DNA of 63,805 nucleotides, the filler included, from Reclinomonas americana ATCC 50394 (lineage: Eukaryota): assembly GCA_048213135.1 (NCBI GenBank). It is 14 parts of 14 records of this genome, joined end to end, with 100 filler letters (N's around TTAATTAATTAA, not from the genome) between each part and the next. Parts side by side here need not be neighbours in the genome. Positions count along the whole stretch, not along the records: positions 1 to 7,593 come from AFZH01019168.1; positions 7,694 to 9,865 come from AFZH01019172.1; positions 9,966 to 11,636 come from AFZH01019174.1; positions 11,737 to 19,578 come from AFZH01019175.1; 10 more parts are not named here. One strand, given 5' to 3'. Below, one piece after another: positions 1 through 12,700 of this stretch; the stretch's first letter is position 1, and every line of letters starts with the position of its first letter. The notes under the pieces are model-generated. The model did no database searches and was not told where the DNA came from. It worked only from the letters and a program-made list of their open reading frames with translations. The position numbers were made by a program, and so were the translations under genes.

Positions 1-3000
1 GAGAGAGAGAGAGAGAAACACGCAGAAAGCTTGCTGGTCATTTGATGACATGAGCATACAAGAGGAACATTGTACCCTTTTGTATTGCTCATCCCACCGA
101 CTTTTGTACTGGTGCAGTGGGCTTTCCGGGAGATTCGTCGCCGCTGCGCTGACGCGCCGTTGAGGTTTGTGTGCATTCCTGATGGCAAGGGTTTTATTGC
201 CTCCGCTCATGTTCTCCATCGGGCACAGCGACACTCCGGACGACTATTCTGTGCACAATCCTCGACGTGTGCATTTCGCTCTCGCGATTATCAGCAACTT
301 GATTCAGACGGCGCGAGGTGAGCGAAGGGAAAGAAGGAGGGGGAAAGGAGTAAGGAAAAGAGTGGCTCAGAAGAAGACAGCAGCACGGCAGTGGGCACTG
401 TGCAATATTAGAGGCTGTTAGATAGCAGTGCGCACTTCTTTGAATGCTTTCAGCCGTTTACCAACACCTCGCCCTTTTTCCATCGCAGACTACGACGCCG
501 TAGCAGACGCCATTTTCACGGAGGAAAACGCCGCCGCTCTTCTCTGCTTGTGTGCGAGTGGTGGGGCGTTGTCGCTGAATGCGGGATGGCGACTGCGCGA
601 CATTGCTTGTGCCGTATTGTGTGAGTTCTTGGTGGCGTTTCCCGTTTCGCTGTTGCGGCGACGATTGTTGCCGGTTCTGGAGGCGGTGTCGGCGCTGCTC
701 AGCACGGTGAGTGTGACTCAAAAGAGAAAAGAGAATTGTGAGGAGAATGGAAGACTGTCGACTCACATCTTTGTGAACAGTTTGAGTCGCAACATGCGCC
801 CTCGAGCGAGCTTGTCCTCACTTGCTCTCTGTTGCATGCCATGCATGCGGAGAAGAAACGGTGAGTTTAATCGGTTGATTGTTGTTGTGGATACTGCTGA
901 TCATGCGTGATTGCTTTGTAGTGATGTTCCGAGTACCGCCGTGCAAGAAGCACTTGCTGTACTGCAGGACTTGCAGGCTGTGCGGTCGGGCGGAGATGGT
1001 ACGTGTGGGAGAAACAGAATAAGAAGGCAGGGGGAGCGCAGAGGGAGTAATTGTAGAAGCCAGTGTGGCAGGAAGTGTTCTTCTAATTTTCTCTGTCGTC
1101 CGTCCTTCTGGCCGAGAAAAATAGAAGGCAGGGAGCGCAGAGGGTGTGCTGCTGGAAGTCAGCATGTGATAAGTGGCATGGCAGGAATTGTTCTGCGTTT
1201 ATCTCTCCTTCTTGCGGAGAAAAGCAGGAGACAGAGAGCGCAGAGGGATTCAGTGTGCGATGCTTGAAGTGTTCTGTTCATTTTCTCGTTCGCCACTCCT
1301 TCTTGCCGAGAGATAAGAAGGCAGGATCGCTGTGGGGGTGCTGGTATGTGATGCTTGAAGTGTTCTACACGTGTTCTCGTTCGCCACTCCTTCTTGCCGA
1401 CTATTATTCCTTGTATCGCGCTCGTCTTCCCCTTGTCAACGAGCTCATTCTCGTTTCTTCCTTTCTGTTGTTCAACTCAGTTCGACGTTTGGTGTTCTCT
1501 CCGTGCTCTATCGTCGCGTTCTAATTATCTTCTCTCTTCTTGCCGTGCCATCACCGTTCTATTGTGAGTTGAGCAAGTCAACAGCAGAGCGAGTGAAGAG
1601 TGAGTCCATTCAAGTCTGCGTATGCTGTCTGCTTCGTTTGGTGCATCCTATGCTGTGAGAGAGAGAACTTGTGGTGATATATTGCATCTGCCATTCCACC
1701 AATGCATACTCCTGTCCCTCCCCCCTTTACAGTTCCCCCGCCTCCAACCAAGCTGGCCGCCGCGTGTCGATTGCCCGGTCTGCTCCACTTGCTGCATGTG
1801 ACTGCTGACACGAGTCAGGTGCGGCACATTTCACCTCGCATCTTCGTGTGTACACGTCACTCATTCTTCCACGACACAGGCTGCTGGTGGAAATGCACTG
1901 CTCGGTGATCGCATTGAATCTCTGGTGCCAATGGCGCTGCACCACGAACTCGGTGCTGCCGCGGTTCCGGGGGAGGTGAGCCGCCAGATCGAATCACTTG
2001 GTCGCACGTGGTGAGTGCCCTTGCATCTGTGCCTTGTGCTTCGTCTCTTGCTGATTGCGCCCTGCGTGTTCAGTGCGCGACTGGCCGCGCTGGATGAACA
2101 AATCATTCCTCTGCTCGTCACTCAACTACTCCCGCTGTTGGACGATTACGACGGATCACTGCTGTGCGAGCCCGACGGCAGCACGTGGAATGCGCTTGCC
2201 GTTGCATTGTTGGCCGCCGGTGGCGCGCAGGTGCGGAAGAATCTTCACTGCTTTCTCCCCTTCTTCCTCTCTCCTTTCCATTCTTTGACGCATGCTGTGG
2301 GTCAGATCGACCGCAACGACATTGCGCTGCGCTGCCGGCAATTGTGGCACGTCATGATGTCACTGGTCGAGTTCCTGCAAATTGTGCCGCCGCGACGCAC
2401 CGTGCGCGGACTGGCCGTTGCTCACGAGTCGCCACTGGTTGGTGTTGTGGAGCGCGCCTTGCCGCTGCTGCACTCGGTGGACAGTGCGCCGCTGGTGCTG
2501 TGGTGGATGCGTCATTCCGGTCCGCTGCTGCACCGACGAGCGCAGCCGGCGCGCGTGGAGCCCACATTTGTGCTCAATCGTGTGCGCGCGAAGAAGCAGC
2601 GCCAAGGTGAATAAGTGGAGAAGGGAGGGAGAGAGGCAGAAGGAGAGAGACGGAGGGAGGGAGAGAGAGAGAGAGAGAGAGGCAGAGGGAGAGAGACGGA
2701 GGGAGGAGAGGGCGAGTGAATGTGAGACAGGGTGAGAGTGTGCGTACGAGCGTATGTGTTAGGTTGTGAGTGAGAGTTCGAATGTGTCTCTGTGCGTGAT
2801 TGTTTAAGAGAGCGTGCGTGTGTGTGATGTATCTGTCTTTTGTTTCTCGTCTCCGCCACCGTCTGGATCGTGTTTACATCCTGTCGTTTACTTTCTACTC
2901 TCCTTCTCCCTCCCCCTCTTCACTCTTCTCTCTCTCTCCTTGCGTGAAGAAGCAGCCTGATGCATCTCCCTCGATCTCCATTTCTAACTCGCTTCCTTGC

Positions 3001-6000
3001 TTCCGTTCGTATGAAAGGGCCATTGTGTGTGCATTTACGTTTGTGTTCTTGTTGCTGAATCTGTAAGTGTGCATGTTTAATCGTGTTTGATCATGCTCAT
3101 GCATGTGTTCGTTCTCGTGTGTGAGTCTGATGGCTCGTACTTGTGCGTGCATTGTTTGTTTGTCTGTGTGCTTCCCTGTGTGTGTGTATTTCTCTTAAAA
3201 TTTCAGAGAGAGTCTTCGAGCGTGTGCGTACACACCATTGTTCGTGAAAGACTTCGCCTCAGTTAGCGGTCCTCATCGCCTTCCTCCCCGCACAGCCCCC
3301 ATTTCCGGCTCTGCTGGTTGGGACGCCACCGTGTTTGTGCAACTGGCCAAGCAACTGGAGGCGCTCCCGCACGCACATCAGCTGACCGCCTTTAAGGTTC
3401 GCTTTGCTGGCGAGGGCGGTGTCGACGGTGGTGGTCTGTTCCGTGAGCTGTGGTCGGAGTTGTCGGAGGAGTTGAGTGCGCCTGGTGCGCTGCCGCTCCT
3501 CGCTCAGTGTCCGAATGGTGAGTTAGTAAGGGGAAGGGAGGAGGGGAGGGGAAGAGGAGAAGGGAAAGGAGAAGGATGTTGCACAAAAGGTGCGAAGGAA
3601 AATGAGAGACCCTGAGATAATGAGTGGAAATTCATAAGAGAGGAAGAGCGTGCTGGAGAAACAAGACAGCAAGCGAGAGTGAGCGGTGATTGCAAGACTG
3701 TGGGACACACGGAGAGACGTAGACGAAGAGAAAGCGCGCATGAGTGGCGGAGAGAAGCAGCAGAGAACGAGATTGGAAGAGAAAGGATATCACACGTACA
3801 GATAAGAGACAGCTGTAGTCGAGTGTCCGAAAGGATAGAGAGGAGATGGAGGTATTCTTTCTGCATATCTCTTCTTCTCTGATTATATCGTTTGCCGCGC
3901 ATTCGTGTGGCTTTCGGGATTTGCGGAAATGTAGATTAGACTGCGTGCTCATTTCACATTCTTGCATTCTCTTTTAATTGGGTCCTCTCCTTTCGTTGAA
4001 TTATCCTGTTCTCCGCGCACTGCGACTTCCTCAGTGCGTTGGTGTGCGCGCCCGCATGTTATCGAAAAGTGTCTTTTTCCTCTCCCTTCCCCATCCGCTG
4101 TGCTTGCGTGTGCTCATGCGCCTGTTCGGTGTTCTCCTCTTGTTTACTGCCAATCGTTGTCCTCTTCCTCTCCCCTCCTTTATTCTGTTCATCTATCTCT
4201 GTGTGTGTGCACTCCTCTTGTTTGCAATCGACAAATATTTTTCCTCTCCTCTTCCGTTTATCATCCTCTTCCTGTTTGTGGCAATGTGCGCATGCGCCTG
4301 TTCGGTGTTCTCCTCTTGTTTGCAGTCAACAGTTGTCCTCTTCCTCTCCTCTTGTTCTGGTTGTCTTTCTCTGTGTGTGCGTCCCCAGGCGATCGACAGT
4401 TGTCTTGTTCCGCTTCTCTGCCGTTCCCTTCCTCTGTTCATCTTCTTGGCGTTCGACCATTGTCTTTGCCAATTATCTACGTTCTCCTCTCCTTTTTCCA
4501 CACCTCCCCCTTTCCCCCCACCTCACTTCTCCTCCCCACCACCAGCCCGTCAAAACGCTGGCGGCAACCGCGACATGCTCGTCGTGCAAGCGGCCAGCAC
4601 CGGTCCCGCCGCCCTGCGCATGTTTGAGCGCCTCGGCTTTGTCCTCGGCCTCGCGCGCTCCTGCGGCGAGACCCTCAGTGTGTCGCTCAGCAGCGCGTTC
4701 TGGAAGGCGCTGGTCGGTGCGCCGCTGGTGGAGGACGACGTCTTTGCGGTCGACACGTTTTTCGCGCAGTGGCTCGTCAAGCTGCGACAGGGCCTGCGGA
4801 GCGGTCACGCTCGCGGTTCGGCCGCCGGCAGCGGCACAGTGGCCGAGGTGTACGGTGTCTCCTCATTCGAGTGCGTCATGTCGGACGGGTCGGTGCGCGA
4901 GGTGCTGCCGGACGGCAAGAATACGCCCGTCGAGTGGGAGACTCTGGGACAGTACTGCCAGTTGTGTGTGCGTGCAAGGTTGGAGGAGGCGGCGGAGCAG
5001 GTTTGTTGGGGAAGGAGGAGAGCAAAGGTTTGTCGTCGAATTGCTCACATTGTTTTGGTAGATGGATGCAGTGCGTCGGGGATTCTGCATGACTGGGGAG
5101 GAGAATCGGATGCTGTTGAGATTGCTGTCACCGCAGGCCATGGTGTGCACATCTCCTTCACCGATGTGCGCCGTGCCTCCCACTCATTTCTCCTTTTGCA
5201 GGAGGCGACGATTTGTGGCAAGGCCGATGTCGATGTGGATGCACTCAAGGCCTGCACTATCTCCAGTGTCGGTGATGCGCTCACCGCGCGTCTCTTTGAG
5301 GTGCTGGCGCAGTGGCCGCCTGCGGATCGTTGCTCTTTCTTGAGGTGTGTTTTGATTGATTGGTGGAGTGTGGTGGCGGTTGCTTACATGTGTGTGATTG
5401 GTGGGAAAAGGTTTGTGTCGGGGAGGTCACGCATGCCGGCGAGAAATGCAAAAGATGCGGAGTTTGTAATTTGCGAGTTGCCGTGTGCGAGGCCGGGTGA
5501 GTGGGGGAAGGGGAAAGGGGGGAAGGAAGGGAGAAGGGGAAAGGAGAAGGGGAAGGGGAGGAGGAGGGGAGAAGAGATAATCTCGTCAATTTTTGTGAAC
5601 TCTGGTCACACAAGCTGAGAGATCTACTTTCAGACCACAAAGATGCAGAGAAAAGTGCAGGAAGAAAGATCGACCATCTTACACGAGGAGGGGGGAATGA
5701 AGGAGAAGGGGGGTTGGTAAGTGGTAGAGGGAGGACGAAGGGAGAAAACTGAACACAAGAGACGATATGAGATAGGCAGGGAGAAGCTCTCTTGTAAGGA
5801 AGAACGAGAAAGAGAGAAGAGAGAGTGAGAGAGAGTGAGAGAGAGAGAGACCGTTCTCGCGAGAATCGACGACTTGCTGTGAGAGGGACCAGATGATGTG
5901 GGTGAGAGCGAGAGTTCGGTTGCACCGAACTCTGACTGCGTGGTGCGAGCAACACGTAGCTGGCAAGGCTGCACGAGAGGCGCAGCACAATGTGTGGTGG

Positions 6001-6217
6001 AAGAGCGAACACTGGAAGAGATTTCTCGCCACTCGTGCTCACCCCAAGTGCATCACTTGCAGACGAGCAACTCCCAGAGGCACATACTTGCTTCTTCCAG
6101 TTGGACTTGCCGGCGTACTCGTCGGCGAGCGTGTTGCATGAGCGCCTCTTGTACGCGGTGCGAAACTGTGTCAGCATTGATCAGGATCAGGAGGTGGCGA
6201 TGGATGTGTTTGAGTGA
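1..6217 (+). CDS. HECT-domain E3 ubiquitin ligase (HERC-like C-terminus), multi-exon, 5' end outside window
   Basis: Spliced exons give FKVRFAGEGGVDGGGLFRELWSELSEEL (~3390-3517), MFERLGFVLGLA...FWKALVG (~4620-4720), RFVSGRSRMP (~5410) and LPEAHTCFFQLDLPAYSSASVLHERLLYAVRNC with the catalytic Cys (~6063-6217). Ends at TGA. Confidence 0.92.
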
Positions 6218-6966
6218 ACGAGATGGGATGGAGAGCGATGCTCACAACTGCGTTATCGCAATGTTGAGGAAGCATCAGGAACGGAGAGAGCAACATGCAG
6301 TGGACTCCGGACAGAAGCGGTCCAGACGCGACGTCGGTCTTCTCTCGGGCGCAGCAGAGAAAAGAAACAACAGGAACAACCTTTCTGATTCGAAAAGCAT
6401 GATCACCAGGTTGAGTGAGCAGCAGCTGAGACATCACGGAAGCAGTGAGAAAAGTCGAAATCCCCAATGCTGGCGTTCTGCAATAGAAACCACGGCTCAT
6501 GACAAGCATGGATTTGCAATTGACGCCGAATTCCAAACAGGATGTAGAATTCGAAAGATAGCAAGAGGTGTTGGTGTCCGAAGCCAAACACCAGTGTATG
6601 CCGACGCGCTTGCGTTTGTGTATCGGCTGCCGTAGCAGTTTATTGATCCGTAGCATAGAGTTGCAAGTTGTCGACTTGGACGAAAGAAACCAAGACCTCA
6701 AATGTCACCTCGCTGCAACCTGTTTGTGCAATTCGAACTAATTGCATTTCTTCTTCGGTTTTCCAACTTGAGCACTCGACTTGCAATACGCTTGCCGTTC
6801 TTGGGCAAGGATTCTCTCATCAGTTCTCTTGATGTTCCGAATGCAGAGTTGCACTCACCGCAGGAGCAGGGCGCTCCCCCAGCCGCCCTTCAAAATCCAA
6901 AACCAAATTCACCATCCAGTATTTCGACGGACTCACGCTTTTTTTTTGGACGAAACTCCTGAAAGC

Positions 6967-7523
6967 ATGAGTGGGGGCGAGAGCCCGCTGCTTCAGCCAG
7001 CGCTGCTGGTATGAGACGCACACCGCACACCCTTCCCGCCCACAGACTCCTCCTCTCATCTGTCCACTGCAGATTGACACTCCGCAATATGCTTTGTGCT
7101 CCGGCATGATCACCAACACCAAGGATCGCGCCTTTCGTCTGCGCGCGGCCCTCGTCTTCACCGCCGCCTCTGTTGCGCCACCTTCTTTTTTTGCGAGAGG
7201 AAGAGCGATGTCTGCGCGTGTCATTCTCATCATCATTTCACGCAGGTCATTCTCGGTCTTCTCCTCGTGTTGTCTTCGGCGTCGCGATGGTGGCGCATCT
7301 TTGACTGGCCGCTGCTTGTCTCTGCGTTTACGTTCTTCTTTACACGCGCTACGTTGCGTCTGCACAGACGAGAGAGAGAGAGCGTGTTTACATGTTGTTC
7401 TCACTCTCCGGAGACAGCGGCACCTGAGGTATGATCCTCAACGGGAAGTGGGACCCCGATGGACAGGGGAAACGCCCAATTCCCGCTGAGCATGCGGCGT
7501 TTGGTGCGCGGGTCAAGTCCAAG
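6967..7523 (+). CDS. Small two-TM membrane protein with in-frame TGA (candidate selenoprotein); 3' end lost in gap
   Basis: Exons 6967-7008, 7073-7171, 7246-7352 and 7418-7523 are joined by GT-AG introns of 64-74 nt. Translation: MSGGESPLLQPALLIDTPQYALCSGMITNTKDRAFRLRAALVFTAASVILGLLLVLSSASRWWRIFDWPLLVSAFTFFFTRATGT-[TGA 7425-7427]-GMILNGKWDPDGQGKRPIPAEHAAFGARVKSK, followed by a strong GTGAG donor. Confidence 0.65.
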
Positions 7524-7593
7524 GTGAGGATCGATTGCCATGCGCAGCTTTCATTCTCTCGTGCCTGCCTTCGCTGTCTCTCGCTGTGCGCTC

Positions 7594-7693
7594 NNNNNNN
7601 NNNNNNNNNNNNNNNNNNNNNNNNNNNNNNNNNNNNNTTAATTAATTAANNNNNNNNNNNNNNNNNNNNNNNNNNNNNNNNNNNNNNNNNNNN
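7594..7693. other. Artificial scaffold gap spacer N44-TTAATTAATTAA-N44 (also at ~9866, 11637, 19579, 26786, 36127, 39265, 42192, 43778, 48361, 55449, 57344, 60899)
   Basis: Identical 100-bp blocks carrying a six-frame stop linker. Genes such as the ARM, Clu and PSP1 genes continue across them, so the contigs are ordered. True gap lengths are unknown. Confidence 0.97.
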
Positions 7694-7950
7694 ACCTCGT
7701 CACCTCGTCACCTCGTCACCTCGTCACCTCGTCACCTCGTCACCTCGTCACCTCGTCACCTCGTCACCTCGTCACCTCGTCACCTCGTCACCTCGTCACC
7801 TCGTCACCTCGTCACCTCGTCACCTCGTCACCTCGTCACCTCGTCACCTCGTCACCTCGTCACCTCGTCACCCTCGTCACCCTCGTCACTTCGTCACCTC
7901 GTCACTTCGTCACTTCGTCACCTCGTCACCTCGTCACCTCGTCACCTCGC
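7694..7950 (+). repeat. (CCTCGTCA)n 8-bp tandem repeat, intronic
   Basis: About 30 near-perfect copies abut the gap and decay into the pyrimidine tract before the acceptor at 8034. Confidence 0.95.
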
Positions 7951-8034
7951 CTCCTTTGTCACCTCGCCTCCTTTGTCACCTCACTTCACCTCTTTGTCCT
8001 CTCCTTCTCCCTCCCTCTTCTGTGCATCTCACAG

Positions 8035-9565
8035 GGCATCGACACCGAGTACGTGAACGCGGCCGGCAGCAAGAACTTTTTGCGCGATTCGCGAGTCCTG
8101 TGCCGCGTACTCGCCTCGCAGCGGTTCTGCGGACAAAAGGTGCAAGTGCTGGAGGCCCTGATCAGCAAGTACGTTCGCAACAAGGACCCGAACGACTTTA
8201 TGAGCGTTTTGCGTCTGGAGCGCAGTTGCGTCATCGTTAAGTCTCCGATCGCATGGTTATGCGTTCTCATATGTGGTTAATCGCAGCTCGCGGTGACGAC
8301 GACTCACTGCCGGCCGAGTTGGCTCCTGCCGCCGTGCGTGGCTTCATGCAGTCAAGGTACGATAATTATCGCCATGTCGCCGCCCTAGCTTCCGCTCACC
8401 GTCTCGTATTGCGCACAGTTCGGGCGGCTCGCGGTCCGTGACGCGCATCGACAACCCGCTGCGCCGCGTCCGCATGCTTTTCGATCCCACGGTGCCGGTC
8501 GGTGATTTGGTGCTGAGCAATGCTCGCGACGAGGCCGAGTCGGCAGGTTTGTCTCCCCCTTCTCGCTTTTTCTTCTCCATTCCATCTCCTCACATCATTC
8601 CAGGCTGGGAGACATACGAATCAATCGAGCGCATGTTCCCGCTGCTGCTCAACACGATTGTGAAGCTGCCGCAATCCATGGTGTTGTACGGCGTCAAGTA
8701 CGCCGCGCTGCTCTCCGCGTCGGGTGCGTTCCTCGGCACCGTTGAGTCCCTTCCTTCTTCGGGACACTCACTCCATCATAGAGGCCAATTGTGTCAAGCT
8801 CGTGGAGCACGGCGGCATTCGCGTGGCGTTCTCGCTCATCAACGCCTTCCACAACGATCCGGAGATTATGGAGTTGGCGCACATGTTGATTCGCAACATG
8901 GCGGCGGCGGTGGACTGTGTGTCGCAGCTGGTGGCAGTGGATGCGTTGGACAGTGTGCTGGCGTCGCTGCGGCGTCATCCGAATAATGGGTTGGTGCATG
9001 AGTGCATGTACCGGGTGATGGCGAGGCTTGCGACAGGTGTGCGAGAGGGGAAGGGGGTAGAGGGGAAGGGTAGAGGGGGAAGGGTAGAGGGGGGAGGGGG
9101 AGGAGAGGGAGAAGGAGAGGGAGAAGGAGAGGGAGAAGGAGAGGGAGAAGGAGAGAAAGAGGGGAGCGGAGAAAGGAAAGAGGAGATGCTTTGTCTTGTT
9201 GTCCCTCTGTCTTTTCTGTCTTTCTCTCTGTTCTCTTTCTGCTCTTTCTTTCACTCTTTCTTTCCTGCCTTCTTTTCTTACTTCTTTCTTCCCTTACTTC
9301 CGTGTTTCTTTTTCTTTTCTTCCTCCTATTCTTTCTTTCTTTCTGTCTGTCTGTCTCTCTCTCTTTCTCTCACTTTGTCGGTCTGTCTGTGTGTCTGTGT
9401 GTCTGTGTGTTTGTCTGTCTGTGTGTTTGTCTGTCTGTGTGTCCGTCTTTGTGTGTGTGTGTGTGTTGTGTTTGTGTGTGTGTGTCTCTCTCTCTCTGTC
9501 CTGGGTTTCTGTGATTCTTTCTTTCTGTCTGTGTTAATCTCTGTCTGTTTGTTTCTTTCATTTGT

Positions 9566-9612
<47 letters not shown>

Positions 9613-9639
9613 GTCTGTGCGTCTGTGTGTCAGTCTGTG

Positions 9640-9714
<75 letters not shown>

Positions 9715-12700
9715 GTTTATCTCTCTGTTTTTTTTCTGTTTGTTCTTTCCATTTGTTCTTTCTGTCTGTCCTTTCTGTTGTTTCTGTAGTTCTGTCTGTT
9801 TGTTCTTTATATCTTTCTTTTTTCTGTCTGTCTGTCTGCCTGTCTGTCTGTCTCTCTCTCTCTCTNNNNNNNNNNNNNNNNNNNNNNNNNNNNNNNNNNN
9901 NNNNNNNNNTTAATTAATTAANNNNNNNNNNNNNNNNNNNNNNNNNNNNNNNNNNNNNNNNNNNNGTCTTCGTCTCTCGTCTCTCGTCTCTTCGTTTCTC
10001 TCTCGTCTCTCGCTCTTCGTTTCTCTCTCGCTCTCGCTCTTTGTTTCTCTCTCGCTCTCGCTCTTGTTTCTCTCTCGCTCTCGCTCTTTGTTTCTCTCTC
10101 GCTCTCGCTCTTGTTTCTCTCTCGCTCTCGCTCTCTATTTCTCTCTCGCTCTCGCTCTCTGTTTCTCTCTCGCTCTCGCTCTTGTTTCTCTCTCGCTCTC
10201 GCTCTCTGTTTCTCGCTCTCTGTTTCTCACAATCTCTCGTGACACTTTGTTTCATCGTGTGGGTTTCATGTCTTCATTGGTCGCTCCCATGTTGACCTTC
10301 CCTCTCCACTCGCCTCGCAGACCGCGGCCTCGCGGAGGAGATGGTCAATCGCGGCTGCGTTGCGGTGCTGTCACGCGGATCGCTCGTCTTCACAGAGAAC
10401 GTCGACGCGGTGCGCACTGCCACCCTCGCGCTGTCGGTGCTGTCCAAGTACGGTTCGTTCGACTCGCAGATCCAAGTATTCTTGCCACCTGTCGTGTCTC
10501 TCACTTGCTTGCAGAGGAGTACCGCATGACGCTGGTGCGCGAAAAGGTGCTGCAGGCGTTGGTGGCCAACATGCAGGCGCACCCGGTGGATCGCGAGCTC
10601 ACGCTGTCGGCCTGCGAGCTGCTGCACCATTTGAGTATCACGGAGAAGACGCGCATCTATGTCACCAAGGAGGGTCGCATTGAGGCGCTGGTGGCGAGTT
10701 TGTATCACTGGCCGAACAGCATGCCGATTGCCTCGACGTGCTTGCACACGTTCCTCAATATTTGCACGGATGGTGAGAGAAGGGGTCAAAGGGGGAAGGG
10801 GGAAGGAGGGGGATGGGAGGGGGAGGGAGGGGGAGAAGGAGGAAAGGGGGGAAAGGGAAGATTGTGAATCGACGTGTGTATGCTTGCGTGCGTGTGGGTG
10901 TGAGCTTGTGCGTGCGGCGTGTTTGTTTGTCTGTGTCTGTGCCTTGTGTGTGTGTGTGTGTGAGTTTGTGGATGTAGTTGTGACGATACTTTTGTGTTCA
11001 AGTCATTTCTGCGTTGCATGTGTGTGCGAGTTTTGCGTGCCTGTCTGTTGAGCTGATGGTTTTTATCTGTTCCATGTCATTTCTGCGTCTTTGTCGTGCC
11101 TGTTGTTGAGGTTACGGTTCTGATCTGTTAATCCTCATTTCTGCGTCGCGCGCACGCGCGTGTGTGCGTGAGCTTATCTTTCGTGTGTATCTGTTGAGCT
11201 GACGGTTTTTATCTGTTCAACGTCCTTCCGTTGTCTGTGCTTGTGTGTGTTGTGTGAGCATGTGAGCTTGAGCTTGTCTGTTGAGCTCACCGTTCTCTGT
11301 TCAAAGTCATTCCGTCGTCTGTGCTTGTGTGTGTTTGTCTGTGTCATGCATATCTGTTCAGCCGACGGGGTTTATCTGTCCAGTTCGTTCATGCATCTGA
11401 GCTTGTGTGTGCTTGTTTGTGAGCTTGTGCGTGTGCGTATCTTAGATGTTCAATGGCATGTCTGCGTTTGTGGTTGTCAGCACGTGTGTTATCCTTATCT
11501 GTTTTGCTGACGGTGTCTCTGTTCAAAATCATTCCTGCATCGTGTCATGCGTAGCTGATGAGTTGATGGTATTCTATTGCCATGTCCTTGTTTTGTTGCT
11601 CTCTCTCTCTCTCTCTCTCTTCCCTCTCTCTTCCCCNNNNNNNNNNNNNNNNNNNNNNNNNNNNNNNNNNNNNNNNNNNNTTAATTAATTAANNNNNNNN
11701 NNNNNNNNNNNNNNNNNNNNNNNNNNNNNNNNNNNNTATCGAGCACATTTCGAATGCCATGAACCGCTTCTGCAACGATCGCAACTTTGTGTTTGCCGGC
11801 ATCCAGCTGCTTCTGCGCTTGGTGCTGACGAGCCAAGGAGGTTGGCTTCGCACACACTTCTTCCTATGCTAATGATATGAGTGACTCAGCACTGTGCGTG
11901 TGTGATGGCGCAGATACGACGCTGGTGGACATTGCTCGCTCGGGTGGCATCGAGCCGGCCGTCGTGTCGCTGGTGCAGTACATTGATGATCGGGAGTTGG
12001 TGGTGTTGGACATGGATCTGATCGAGCGGCTGTCAGCTGATCGTGAGTGGAAAAGGGGAAAGAAGGAAGAGGGGGCTATGAAAGGCACTCACTTCCCTCT
12101 CACTTCACAGCCGACAACCGCAACTTTGTGGCCCGCGCCGGTGGCGTGGAGGGCGTCGTCAAGGTCCTCATCCAGTACCGCAACGACCCCTCGCTTGTGC
12201 GCATGTGCATCTCGTCGCTGGCGAACCTGTCGGTGCTGACGTCGGAGAGCCGCGACCGCATCGCCAAGACTGGTGGTATCGAGGCGATTGTGGAGACGGC
12301 CGCCGACTATGCCGACGATCTGGAGGTGGCGCGCATGGCACATCGCGCGTTGTGGCCGCTGGCGGGTCACAGTTGCGTTTTGTTTTTGATTGTGTGAGCG
12401 TGTCCCTGTTTGCTGACATAAAAAAAATTGTAGCCGAGCGCGATGACCACATCACCAAGGCTGGTGGTGTGGCGGCGTCGATTGAGGCGCTGCGACTGTT
12501 CCCGGAGGATTCGGAGTTGGTGAGCTCAGCCAACCGCATGTTGTGGAATATGACCAAGAATGGTACGGCGTATTAGGGAAGGGGGGTGAAGGGGGAAGGG
12601 GGAGAAGAGGAAAGGGGAGAGGAGGAAAGGGGGAAGGGGGTGACAGGGGGACGGAAGAGGAAAGGTTGAGGGGGAACTGCGTATACGAGTGGATGGGTGA

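Noticed and set aside
6215..6217. Genome-wide TGA reassignment
   Set aside because: TGA ends the HECT, ARM, Clu, PSP1, WD40 and AMPK genes, and conserved Trp uses TGG.
7638..7649. TTAATTAATTAA recurring 13 times as a possible regulatory or recombination site
   Set aside because: Always centred in 100-bp N blocks, so it is an assembly linker.
7694..7950. Telomeric repeat
   Set aside because: Internal, not a recognised telomere unit, and grades into an intron 3' end.
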